A stretch of DNA of 64,000 nucleotides from an uncultured Solirubrobacterales bacterium (GTDB lineage Bacteria; Actinomycetota; Thermoleophilia; Solirubrobacterales; 70-9): the NCBI GenBank assembly GCA_963722965.1, contig CAVROX010000007.1, positions 149,040 through 213,039 of the forward strand, read 5' to 3'. A model generated the notes under the pieces. That model worked only from the letters and a program-made list of their open reading frames with translations, did not search any database and was not told where the DNA came from. This document shows positions 29,004-38,323 of this stretch, in pieces (positions within the stretch are counted from its first letter, which is position 1; every line of letters starts with the position of its first letter). A program made the translations under genes and the position numbers.

Positions 29004-31382
29004 TCAGGCTACCGGCTGGGACTCATGCACGGGCAACTCGGCGCGATCGACCCGGTGGGCAATCGCGATCCGGATGTCGCGCATCGGACGGGCGCTGCGA
29101 ACGTCGGGGAGGAGATCGAAGTTATGGGGATCCGGTGGCGAGAGGGTCAGCCACTCGAGCGTGTCCCCGCGCCAAGGGTCATGCCCTGCCTCCGCGCCTC
29201 TCGTGCGGCTGAGGATCGCATTGACGAGCGTGAGCACGATGCCGATCGCCAGCACGAAGGCTCCGATCGAAGCGATCAGGTTGTAGGTGCTGACGCCGGT
29301 GTGGTCGAAATACTTGTAGGCATCGACGACCTCGCCGTGCGTGGCGCCTGCGAGGAACAGTGGCACGAAGGCGAGGACGATGCCGATCGCCATCGTCCAG
29401 AAGGAGATCCGGGCAAGGTTCTCGCCCATCGTCCGTCCGGTCATCTTCGGGAACCAGAGGTGCAGTGCGGCAAAGCCACCGAAAACACTGCCACCGATTA
29501 GAGCAAAATGGGTTGCCGCGGTGGCCGCTGTCGTGTTCTTGATGTCCCAGGCAGCCGCGACCATGGATTGCTGGATCTCGGCGGCGAGGCCGATCGAGAT
29601 CGCCGAGATCGCCCCGACTGCAAACAGGAGGGGCGCCCGCAATCTCAGCGTCCCGCCCACCATCGTCGCGATCAGGTTGAAGGCGAGAAGGCCGAAGGGA
29701 ACGATCAGCGCCAGCGACATCACCATCGCGAAGTACATCCAACCGATTCCGATCGGGGCGGTCAGCATATTCTGCATCCAGGCCAGGGTCCCGATCACCG
29801 CGATTGCGATCAGCGAGCCGATCACCGCACCGCGGTTGAAAAGCGGCTTGCGGGCGAAAGTGGGGACGATCTCGCCAATCGCGCCGAAGGCCGCGATCAA
29901 GATCAGCATGTAGGCGCCGGTGAAGAAGATCCAGCTGAGGTGTTGCCAGAGCAGCGCTGACCCGCCCGCGCTGCCCGCGAAGAATGTGCCGCCGAAGTTG
30001 CGGTCGATAAGCAGCATCGCGATCGCCGCGATCAGCACCGGGCCGATCACCAGCATCAACCAGGAACAGATCGCCGCCGCCCAGGCGAAGACCGGCAGCC
30101 GCCGCCACGCCATCCCGGGGGCGCGCATGGTGCGCAGCGTCGCGACCAGGTTGATCGCGATGAAGACGAAGCCCAGGGTCACCATGCCGGTGGCCGTTGC
30201 CCAGGCGTTGACGCCGTTATTGGAGAGGTACCGGAGTTCTGAAAGCGGCGCCAGAGGGTTGACCCCCGCCTCGGTCGGGGTAAAGATGAAGCTGGCGTAG
30301 AGCACCGTCGCTCCCGCGAGGAAGAGCCACATTCCGATCTGCCCGAGGCGCGGCAGCGCCGTTCCGCGAGCGCCGATCTGAAGTGGCGCGACGTAGTAGA
30401 AGAGCCCGAGCGCGAATGGGATCGCGAAGAGAAAGATCGCCGTCGTTCCGTAGACGGAGAGGAGTCGGTTGAAGGTGACCGGGGTGAGGAAGGTGTTTTC
30501 GGGGATCGCCAGCTGAAGGCGCATCAGCAGCATCTGGATCACGGCGAGAAAAAGGAAGCCAAACGCCCCGACGATCATCACCCGGCCGACGTCCTTGTGG
30601 TCGCCGCTGGTGGCCAGCTCGACCCAGCGTGGGCGGCAGCGCGGGAAGCCGTCGATGACCAGCTCCGGGCGGGGGCGTGAGCTCATGGAATCCTTCTCGC
30701 TGTCGATCAGCCCGACCACACGGTTCTGTGCCGCCTGAACCTCGGCTTTCTGTCGCATGATGAAGGCCAGATAGGCTTGGGGTGAGACGACATCGACCGC
30801 TGTCCGCATCGCCGCGTAGCCCTGGCCGGAGAAGGTTGAGGATTGGCCCAGGTAGGTGCCTTCCCGGTCAGCCCGGAAGACCACCTGGTCGGCCTTACCG
30901 GGTACCGCGTCGCGCTTGGGGGCCAGTTCGGGCACGTCCCAGGTGTGGATGACGTCGGTCGAGGCCAGGTTGAGGGTGATCGCGGTGTCGACGGGGACCA
31001 CGAGTTTGTAGTAGGAGAAGGCCCCGTTGGGGTAGTTGTAGCGCCACAGCCACTGTCTGCCGGTTGCCAGGATCGTCAGCGGCTGGGAGCGGGCTGAAGC
31101 GAGCCCTGCGGGCCCGGTTCTGGGGATCTCGCGAGCCTTTTCGGTAAAGATGATGCTGAGCACGAGGATTGCTGCGGCAAAAACGGTCAACGCCGCACCG
31201 ACCCGGAACTGGATGCGCCGCCCACCGCGTAGTTGGCGGGGTTCGGCACCCCGCTCGGCGCGGTAGCGGCGCACGGCGAAGATCAGCGCGACGTTGACCG
31301 CGACGACGACGATCGCGGCGGCCAGGTAGCCGATCCAAAGCAGGGTGTGGATCTGGTCGGTGCCAGGGGAGTGGGGCGTCAA
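29004..31382 (-). CDS. fused haem-copper oxidase subunit II-like / subunit I-like protein lacking most metal ligands
   Basis: 792 aa. The N-terminal third aligns to CtaC ('DVIHTWDVPE...GTYLGQSSTFSGQGYAAM'). The rest aligns to CtaD ('GDHKDVGRVMI', 'RTMRAPGMAWRRLP', 'LWFPKMTG'), but the ligand His/Cys positions are substituted (see findings). Confidence 0.85.
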   Translation of the reverse strand: MTPHSPGTDQIHTLLWIGYLAAAIVVVAVNVALIFAVRRYRAERGAEPRQLRGGRRIQFRVGAALTVFAAAILVLSIIFTEKAREIPRTGPAGLASARSQPLTILATGRQWLWRYNYPNGAFSYYKLVVPVDTAITLNLASTDVIHTWDVPELAPKRDAVPGKADQVVFRADREGTYLGQSSTFSGQGYAAMRTAVDVVSPQAYLAFIMRQKAEVQAAQNRVVGLIDSEKDSMSSRPRPELVIDGFPRCRPRWVELATSGDHKDVGRVMIVGAFGFLFLAVIQMLLMRLQLAIPENTFLTPVTFNRLLSVYGTTAIFLFAIPFALGLFYYVAPLQIGARGTALPRLGQIGMWLFLAGATVLYASFIFTPTEAGVNPLAPLSELRYLSNNGVNAWATATGMVTLGFVFIAINLVATLRTMRAPGMAWRRLPVFAWAAAICSWLMLVIGPVLIAAIAMLLIDRNFGGTFFAGSAGGSALLWQHLSWIFFTGAYMLILIAAFGAIGEIVPTFARKPLFNRGAVIGSLIAIAVIGTLAWMQNMLTAPIGIGWMYFAMVMSLALIVPFGLLAFNLIATMVGGTLRLRAPLLFAVGAISAISIGLAAEIQQSMVAAAWDIKNTTAATAATHFALIGGSVFGGFAALHLWFPKMTGRTMGENLARISFWTMAIGIVLAFVPLFLAGATHGEVVDAYKYFDHTGVSTYNLIASIGAFVLAIGIVLTLVNAILSRTRGAEAGHDPWRGDTLEWLTLSPPDPHNFDLLPDVRSARPMRDIRIAIAHRVDRAELPVHESQPVA

Positions 31383-31459
31383 AGCGGGGCCATTCTAATC
31401 ACGCGCAGCGGAGCGCTGCCGCGCCCGGTGTCGGTCACCGACCTATACTCGCCGGCCCT

Positions 31460-32404
31460 ATGCGGACCCGGTCTCGGCCATCTCGGGCGCTGCGCGTGGC
31501 GGTGCGGACCGGGGCGGCCGCCGCCCTCGGGTCAGCCTTTGTGGTTCCGCTGGCGCGCCGCCGCCTCCGCATCCCCGCCCCGGTCACGGTGGCTGCCTGC
31601 GCCGGCGGACCGCTGGGGCTGGCGATCCTGACCCGCCGCTCAAAGAAGCGCGACGTGGCGCTGTTCGCGATTCAGATGTGGGCCTTCACGATCGCTCATG
31701 AAATTCCCTATGACGATCGGGAGGCCCTGCGCCGTCGGCTGCGGGTCGGCTACCCGATCGCAATCGACCGGTTCCTCGGCGCCGGCAGCCTCCCAAACGC
31801 CCGCCTGCAGCGCAGTCTCGCCCGCCTCGGCAGGGTGAAAGCGATCGACCGGGTTCTCGCCTGGGTGCACTGGCTCTGGTTCCTTGAGCCCTATTGCGCC
31901 CTCGCCTTCATCCTCGTCGCTCGCAACGAGCGATTCCCGCGCGCCGCGCGCCAGCTAGCGGCCGTCTTCGACATCGGCTGTGCGATCTACTTCGTGGCGC
32001 CGACCGCCCCACCGTGGTGGTCCTCCGAACAGGGGTTGACGGGGGAGGAAGTGCGCCGGGTCATGGTTGAGGTGGGCGAGGAGACCTGGGGTTCAGCCTG
32101 GCCGGGTATGTACGGGGCGCTGGGCGGCAACCCCTGGGCGGCGATGCCCTCCCTGCACTTCGCGACATCGTTGACGATGGCGCTTGCCCTGGCCGAAGCA
32201 GGGCCGGGGGAGGGTGCAGCCGGCTGGGCTTACGCGCTCGCTCTCGGCTTCGCCCTCGTCTACCTCGGGGAGCACTACGTCACCGATCTAGCCGCCGGCG
32301 CGGTGCTCGTCGTCGCGGTAAGGCGCGGCGAGCGGCTCGGCGCTCCGGTGCTGGTTAGGCTCAACCGCGCCCTGCAGCGCCTGGAGCGCCTCGCTAGCGG
32401 GTAG
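31460..32404 (+). CDS. PAP2-superfamily membrane protein (PAP2_3 / IPC-synthase-like)
   Basis: 314 aa. 'AMPSLHFATS' and 'YLGEHYVTDLAAG' match the PAP2 C2/C3 motifs. Confidence 0.7.
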   Translation: MRTRSRPSRALRVAVRTGAAAALGSAFVVPLARRRLRIPAPVTVAACAGGPLGLAILTRRSKKRDVALFAIQMWAFTIAHEIPYDDREALRRRLRVGYPIAIDRFLGAGSLPNARLQRSLARLGRVKAIDRVLAWVHWLWFLEPYCALAFILVARNERFPRAARQLAAVFDIGCAIYFVAPTAPPWWSSEQGLTGEEVRRVMVEVGEETWGSAWPGMYGALGGNPWAAMPSLHFATSLTMALALAEAGPGEGAAGWAYALALGFALVYLGEHYVTDLAAGAVLVVAVRRGERLGAPVLVRLNRALQRLERLASG

Positions 32405-32414
32405 CTTCTCGGGG

Positions 32415-33549
32415 GTGTCTCAGGAGGACTCGGCGAACGGTGACGCGACCGTCGAGCTGCCGCTGTTCACCGTTCGGCGGATGGTGCAGACGGCGATCGT
32501 CGTCCTCGCGCTGCTGATCGGAATCTACTTTCTCTTCCCCAAGCTGGTCGGTTTGGGCGACGCGCTGAGCAAGCTCGACGAAGCGGAGCCGGTCTGGATC
32601 GGGGTGGCGATCTGCTTCAACGTAGCCGCCTTCGCCACCTACACAGCGCTGTTCAAGGCGGTCGTCGGCGGTCGAGTTCTGCGCTTCACCTGGGCCGAGA
32701 CCTATCAGATCAACATGGCCGGGCTGGCGGCGACGCTGCTTTTCTCGGCTGGCGGGGCGGGCGGAATCGCCCTCACCTTCTGGGCGTTGCGCAAGGCGGG
32801 CATGGGGCGCCGCGACGCGGGTCGGCGCATGGTCGCCTTCCTCACCCTCCACTACGCCTTCTATCCGCTGGCGTTGATCGTTTTCGGGGTGCTGTTGCGG
32901 ACCGGCGTACCTCGACGGCCAGCACCCAGTCGAGCTGACCGTGATCCCAGCGTCGATCGCCGGCCTCCTGCTCGTCTTGGGCGTGTTGGTGGCGATGATC
33001 CCGTCGGACCTTGAACGTCGCGTGGCGCCATTCGTCCACGCTGAGCGCGGCCGCTCCATCGCCCGCATGGTGGCCCGCGTGCCGGCGACCCTCGGCGAGG
33101 GGTTCAGGTTCGCGCTCGGCCTCTTTACCCATCCCTCGCGCGGGGGGCTTGCGGTGGTCGGCGCGGCGGGGTTCTGGGCAGCCAATATCGGCATCCTCTG
33201 GGCCTCCTTCCACGCTTTCGGCGTCCACGTTCCACTTGCGGTTGTGGTCCAGGGGTTCTTCCTCGGCATGGTCGCCAACCTCTTCCCGCTGGCCCCCGCG
33301 GGGGTGGGCGCGGTGGACGCGGGGATGATCGGCGCCTTCGTCCTCTTCGGCCTGCCGCAGGACACGATTTTCCCGGCGATCTTGATCTACCGGCTCGTCG
33401 CCTTCTGGATGCCGATTCCGTTTGGCATCGTCGCCTTCTTCCAGCTCCGCAACACGGTTCAGGAGTGGGAAGTGGAGGGGCTGCCGATTGACCGAAGCGG
33501 TACTATACAAAGTAAAGTAATAGACTTGCAGGCGGCGAAAAATGGCTGA
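32415..33549 (+). pseudogene. lysylphosphatidylglycerol-synthase-TM-region-like (UPF0104) membrane protein, frameshifted
   Basis: Two track ORFs (32415..33014 and 32941..33549) are the two halves of one polytopic protein. The protein-like sequence moves from frame 0 to +1 near 32903-32911 ('...FGVLLRTG' then 'YLDGQHPVELTVIPASIAGLLL'). Confidence 0.7.
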
Positions 33550-34549
33550 AAAGAAAGTCGAGAACGTGATCATCGTCGGCGGTGGCCCGGCGGGCTACAG
33601 CGCGGCGCTCTACACCGCGCGCGCCAACCTCGAGCCCCTTATCTTTGAGGGATTTCACTGGGGCGGGCAGCTGCAGAACACGACCGATGTCGAGAACTAC
33701 CCGGGATACCCCGAGGGGATCATGGGTCCGGAGATGATGGGTCAGTTCCGGGCCCAGGCGGAGCGCTTCGGCACGCGGTTCGTGACCGATGACGTCGATC
33801 GGATCGAGCTATCCGGCGGCGGCGTCCAAAGGGTGTTCCTCGGTGAGGAGGAGCACCGCGCGAAAGCCGTGATCCTGGCGATGGGCGCGGAGCCGCGCCG
33901 GCTTGGGATTCCGGGCGAGTTGGAGCTGGGCGGCCGCGGTGTCTCCACCTGTGGCGTATGCGACGGTGCCTTCTTCAAAGACCAGCGGGTGATCGTTATC
34001 GGCGGTGGGGACTCGGCGATGGAGGACTCGATCTTCATCTCCAAGTACGCGAGCGAGCTGACGGTGGTGAACAGGCGAGATGAGTTTCGCGCCTCAAAGA
34101 TCATGCTCGAGCGCGCCCGGGAACGACCCAACATCGCCTTCAAGACGCCCTTCGTGCCGGAGGAGTTCATCGCCGGCGAGGACGGGAAGCTCGACCACCT
34201 GCGGCTGCGAAACGCCGACACGGGTGAGAGCGAGGATCTGGAGACCGACGGCGCCTTCGTCGCCATCGGCCACATCCCGAAATCGGAGATCGTCGCGGGC
34301 CAGCTCGACACCGACGAGAACGGCTACATCGTGACCGTCGCCGGCTCGACCCGCACCAAGCTGGGCGGGGTCTTCGCGGTGGGCGACGTGGTTGACCACA
34401 CCTATCGCCAGGCGGTCACCGCGGCTGGTACGGGCTGTATGGGCGCCCTCGATGCCGAGTGGTATCTGCGCGACACCCCACCGCTGGCGGAGGCCCACTG
34501 GATGCCCGGCGGGGAGCCGGCTGAGCTCGCTCCGACCCCTGGGAGCTGA
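33542..34549 (+). CDS. trxB: thioredoxin-disulfide reductase
   Basis: 335 aa. 'GGGPAGYSAALYTAR', redox 'CGVCDG', 'GGGDSAMED', 'FAVGDV'. Confidence 0.95.
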   Translation: MAEKKVENVIIVGGGPAGYSAALYTARANLEPLIFEGFHWGGQLQNTTDVENYPGYPEGIMGPEMMGQFRAQAERFGTRFVTDDVDRIELSGGGVQRVFLGEEEHRAKAVILAMGAEPRRLGIPGELELGGRGVSTCGVCDGAFFKDQRVIVIGGGDSAMEDSIFISKYASELTVVNRRDEFRASKIMLERARERPNIAFKTPFVPEEFIAGEDGKLDHLRLRNADTGESEDLETDGAFVAIGHIPKSEIVAGQLDTDENGYIVTVAGSTRTKLGGVFAVGDVVDHTYRQAVTAAGTGCMGALDAEWYLRDTPPLAEAHWMPGGEPAELAPTPGS

Positions 34550-34664
34550 AGCGTCGATCGGCTAAGGTCATCAGACGGCCGATTCCTGCGCACATCTCGA
34601 CTCGGTTGAGTTTTTCGACCTCCCGCCAGGGGAGCTCGGGTGCGAGGAGTGCCTTGCCCTTGGG

Positions 34665-34850
34665 ATGCAGTGGGTGCACCTGCGGATGTGCCAGAGCTGC
34701 GGGCACATCGGCTGCTGCGATAGCTCATCGGGAAGGCACGCCACGGCCCATTATCAGGGGAGCGGACATCCAATCGTCCGCTCGGCGGAGCCGGGTGAGG
34801 ATTGGAGTTGGTGCTATCTCGATGAACTGGTGTTCCAACTTCGCGCCTGA
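34665..34850 (+). CDS. UBP-type zinc-finger protein
   Basis: 'WVHLRMCQSCGHIGCCDSSSGRHATAHYQGSGHPIV'. The conserved N-terminal part ('CAHL...GCEEC') lies upstream of the first canonical start (see findings). Confidence 0.6.
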   Translation: MQWVHLRMCQSCGHIGCCDSSSGRHATAHYQGSGHPIVRSAEPGEDWSWCYLDELVFQLRA

Positions 34851-35138
34851 CGTTCCCGGTGCGCACGGCGATCAGCAGCGCTGGCGGCCAAAGCGCGGTT
34901 CTGGTACTGGCGGCCAGCCGGTTATCGAGAGGGACCTGACCCGCGACGATTGGCCTCCTTGAGCGGTTTCTAGGCGCGATCAGCCTCTCCTTTGAAGAGG
35001 GGTATCGCAGAGGGGGGAGTGCGCGGCCCGACCCCTTTGCTGCGGCGGCCCGGTGGGGCTGTTGGGTCTGGGGCGATCGGCATCGCGGTGCTCTGTCGGA
35101 GCCGCGATCAACTTCTTGGCGCCGTTGGCGCCGGGGGC

Positions 35139-36359
35139 TCAGGGGGGAGGGCAGCGCAGCGCAGCTCCCCTCTCGGCGGCAGTGCGAAGCAGCGGTGCCG
35201 GGTGGTATGCCCCGCCGCGTGCGCGCTCCAGGTCCTCCAGCAGCGAGAACGCCGGGCCGGCGCCGATCAGCTCAGCGAACTCGAGAGGGCCGAGCGGCCA
35301 GTTGAAGCCGAGCCTCATCGCCGTATCCATGTCGGCGGGGGAGCCGATCTTCTCGGCGAGGGCGAAGGCAGCCTCGTTGGCGATCTGGGCCAGCAGGCGG
35401 GGGAGAATCAGTGGCCCAGCAGGATCGATCTTGGCCAGCGCGGCGGGCTCCAGCGTCGGCGCCTTGATCCCCAGTTCGGGGTCGGGGGCGCGCCGGGAGC
35501 CCTCGCCGTAGCTGTAGAAGCCCTGGCCGCTCTTGCGACCGAGCCGGCCTTCTGCGACCAGACCCGCCTGGATCGGGCTTGGGCGCCAGCGGTCCGGCTT
35601 ACCTCCCTGGACGTAGAAGGATCGGGCGACGCTGAGGTTGACGTCGAGTCCAATCAGGTCGATCAGCTCGAAAGGGCCCATCCGAAAGCCGCCGCCAAGC
35701 CGGCAGACGCGGTCGATCGTCGCTGGGTCGGCGAGGCCGTCGGCAAGGATTCGCAGCGGCTCCAAGGTGAAGGGGCGGGCAAGGCGGTTTGCGATGAAGC
35801 CGGGGCTGTCCTTGGCGCGGATTGGCGTGCGGCCCATCCGTTTTGCCACCCCTGCGGTTGCGTCAAGAGCGTCCTCAGCCGAGTCGGGTGTGGCGATCAC
35901 CTCGACCAGCTTCATCAGCGCGGGGGGGTTGAAGAAGTGCATGCCGACTACCCGTTCGGGATGCGGAAGACCAGCTGCTATCGCGCTAACCGACAGGGAG
36001 GAGGTGTTGGTCGCAAGGATTGTTTTCCGCCCACCTGCATCGGCGGCCAGGGAGCCGAACAATTCGCGCTTCAGCTCCAGATCCTCCGGCGCTGCCTCGA
36101 TCACGAGGTCGCAGCCGGCCAGGTCGCCCAGGCGCGGGGCCGAGGAGAGTCTCGCTCTTGCAGCGTCGGCGTCAGACTTGCTCCAGCGACCGCGTTCAGC
36201 GCCCTTCGCCAGGTCAACTGCAACCCGCTCGATCCCGGCGTCGAGAGCCTCGCGGATCGGGTCGTGCAGCCTCGTCTCATAGCCGCCCAAGCAGGAGATC
36301 TGGGCGATTCCAGCGCCCATCGTTCCGGCGCCGACGATGCCGATCCGCGCGACCGTCAA
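35139..36359 (-). CDS. 3-hydroxyacyl-CoA dehydrogenase
   Basis: 406 aa with the Rossmann motif 'IGIVGAGTMGAGIAQ' and a duplicated C-terminal dimerisation domain. 4-nt overlap with the upstream crotonase. Confidence 0.9.
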   Translation of the reverse strand: MTVARIGIVGAGTMGAGIAQISCLGGYETRLHDPIREALDAGIERVAVDLAKGAERGRWSKSDADAARARLSSAPRLGDLAGCDLVIEAAPEDLELKRELFGSLAADAGGRKTILATNTSSLSVSAIAAGLPHPERVVGMHFFNPPALMKLVEVIATPDSAEDALDATAGVAKRMGRTPIRAKDSPGFIANRLARPFTLEPLRILADGLADPATIDRVCRLGGGFRMGPFELIDLIGLDVNLSVARSFYVQGGKPDRWRPSPIQAGLVAEGRLGRKSGQGFYSYGEGSRRAPDPELGIKAPTLEPAALAKIDPAGPLILPRLLAQIANEAAFALAEKIGSPADMDTAMRLGFNWPLGPLEFAELIGAGPAFSLLEDLERARGGAYHPAPLLRTAAERGAALRCPPP

Positions 36360-37129
36360 CGGCCCTTGAAATCCGGTTCGCGCTTCTCCAGGAAGGCCTT
36401 CATACCCTCGACCCGGTCCGCGGTCGCCATCGCCAGCTCATAGAGGCGTCGCTCGCTATCCAGGCCGGCCGAGAGCGCAGTCTCCTCGGCGGCCAGCACG
36501 GCCTGCTTGGCTAGACGCGAGGCGATCGGGGGCTGCTTAGCCACCGTGCGGGCGAGCTCAATCGCCTCCTCCAGCCAGCGCCCGGCCGCGGTGACTCGGT
36601 TGATCAGGCCCATCTCAAGGCCCGCCGCGGCGTCGAAGCGGCGCCCGGTCAGGACCAGCTCCATCGTCCGCTGCTTGCCGAGCACCCGCGCCAGCCGTTG
36701 GGTTCCGCCCCCGCCGGGGATGATCCCCAGGTTGATCTCCGGTTGGCCAAACCGGGCCGTCTCGGAGGCGACGATCATGTCGCAGGCGAGCGCCAGCTCG
36801 CAGCCGCCGCCCAGCGCCCAGCCGGAGACGGCCGCGACAAGCGGCGTCTTTATCCGCTCGAGGCGTCTCCAGAACTCCGCCGCGGGATGGTGGAGGGCCT
36901 CGGCGAATGTGCGCTCGCTCATCGCTCTGATGTCTGCTCCGGCGGCGAAGACCTGATCCGACCCGGCGATCACCGCGCAGCGAACCTCGGGGTCGGGGTC
37001 CATCCGCTCCAGCTCGGTGGCGAGGCGCTCCATCACCTCCGGCGAGAGCGCGTTGCGTGCCTCCGGCCGATTGAGGCGCAGCAGGGCAACATTGCCGTCG
37101 AGCGAGCTCTCGACCACGTCGACCGTCAT
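36356..37129 (-). CDS. enoyl-CoA hydratase (crotonase family)
   Basis: 257 aa. 'AAVSGWALGGGCELALACD', 'GQPEINLGIIPGGGGTQRL'. Confidence 0.92.
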   Translation of the reverse strand: MTVDVVESSLDGNVALLRLNRPEARNALSPEVMERLATELERMDPDPEVRCAVIAGSDQVFAAGADIRAMSERTFAEALHHPAAEFWRRLERIKTPLVAAVSGWALGGGCELALACDMIVASETARFGQPEINLGIIPGGGGTQRLARVLGKQRTMELVLTGRRFDAAAGLEMGLINRVTAAGRWLEEAIELARTVAKQPPIASRLAKQAVLAAEETALSAGLDSERRLYELAMATADRVEGMKAFLEKREPDFKGR

Positions 37130-38299
37130 TCAGCTCTCCTCGAAGGGGAGCATCGCGTTGATCCCCGTCGCGGCCCTGCCGATGATCAACTTCTGGATCT
37201 GAGAGGTCCCCTCATAGAGGGTGGTCACCCGCGCGTCGCGCAGGTAGCGCTCAACCGGGTAGTCATCGACGTAGCCGGCCCCGCCATGCACCTGGATCGC
37301 AAGGTTGGCGCACTCGACCGCCGACTCGGTCGCGTGGAGCTTTGCCAGCGAGGTCTCGATCGTGTTCGGCTTGCCTTCGTCCTTGAGTGCGCCGGCGCGG
37401 TAAACCAGCATCCGCGAGGCGTCGCGCTTGAGGATCATGTCGGCGATCATCTCTTGGACCAACTGGAAGCGGGCCAGGGGTACGCCGAACTGCTTGCGCT
37501 CCTTCGCGTACTGGACCGAGGCGTCGACACAGCCCTCGCAGATCCCGACGCAGCCGGCAGCGACGCTGTAGCGGCCGTTGTCGAGGGCGCTCATCGCCAC
37601 CTTGAAGCCATCGCCGATCTCGCCGAGCATCGACTCCTCGCCCACCTCGACCTCGTCCAGGGACAGTGAGGCGGTATCGGAGGAGCGCAGTCCGAGCTTG
37701 CCGTGGATTTCCTGGGAGGCGAACCCCTCGCTGGCGGTGGGGACCAGGAAGCAGGCGAGGCCCCGGTGCTTTTTCTCGGGATCGGTCTGGGCAAAGATCA
37801 GCGCCACCTCGGCGAAGTTCCCCAGCGAGATCCACATCTTCTGGCCGCTGATCGACCAGCCCGAGTCGGTCTTAGTCGCTCGGGTGCGGAGGTTGGCCGC
37901 GTCGGAGCCGGTGTCGGGCTCGGTCAGCCCGAAGCACCCCAGCGCCTCACCCGCGCACAGTCGCGGCAGCCATTTCCGCTTCTGCTCCTCGCTCCCCCAG
38001 CGCTCGATCGAACCGGCGACCAACGAAGTCTGTACCGAGACGACGGTGCGGGCGGAGGAGTCGGCGCGGCCGACCTGCTCGACGATCAAGCCATAGCCGA
38101 TGTAGTCAAGGCCGCGGCCGCCGTACTCCTCCCCTACCGGTGCTCCGAGGTAGCCGACCTCGCCCAGCTTGCTGGCCAGTTCGCGGTCAAAGCGCCCGGC
38201 GCGATCGTTGTCACGCACCCGTGGCAAGATCTCGCGGTCGGCGAACTCGCGCGCCGCTTCGGAGATCAGTCGCTGCTCGTCGCTCAGCTGGAAGTCCAT
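37130..38299 (-). CDS. acyl-CoA dehydrogenase
   Basis: 389 aa. 'GCFGLTEPDTGSD', 'YEGTSQIQKLIIGR'. Confidence 0.93.
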   Translation of the reverse strand: MDFQLSDEQRLISEAAREFADREILPRVRDNDRAGRFDRELASKLGEVGYLGAPVGEEYGGRGLDYIGYGLIVEQVGRADSSARTVVSVQTSLVAGSIERWGSEEQKRKWLPRLCAGEALGCFGLTEPDTGSDAANLRTRATKTDSGWSISGQKMWISLGNFAEVALIFAQTDPEKKHRGLACFLVPTASEGFASQEIHGKLGLRSSDTASLSLDEVEVGEESMLGEIGDGFKVAMSALDNGRYSVAAGCVGICEGCVDASVQYAKERKQFGVPLARFQLVQEMIADMILKRDASRMLVYRAGALKDEGKPNTIETSLAKLHATESAVECANLAIQVHGGAGYVDDYPVERYLRDARVTTLYEGTSQIQKLIIGRAATGINAMLPFEES

Positions 38300-38323
38300 C
38301 TCAACCCTGCTTTCTAGTCTTGG

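Noticed and set aside
33480-33541. A/T-rich stretch with 'ttgacc' and 'tactat/tataca' as a trxB promoter
   Set aside because: The spacing between the -35-like and -10-like hexamers does not fit 16-18 nt for any pair I could find. The stretch is also still inside the upstream ORF. It remains possible but is unsupported.
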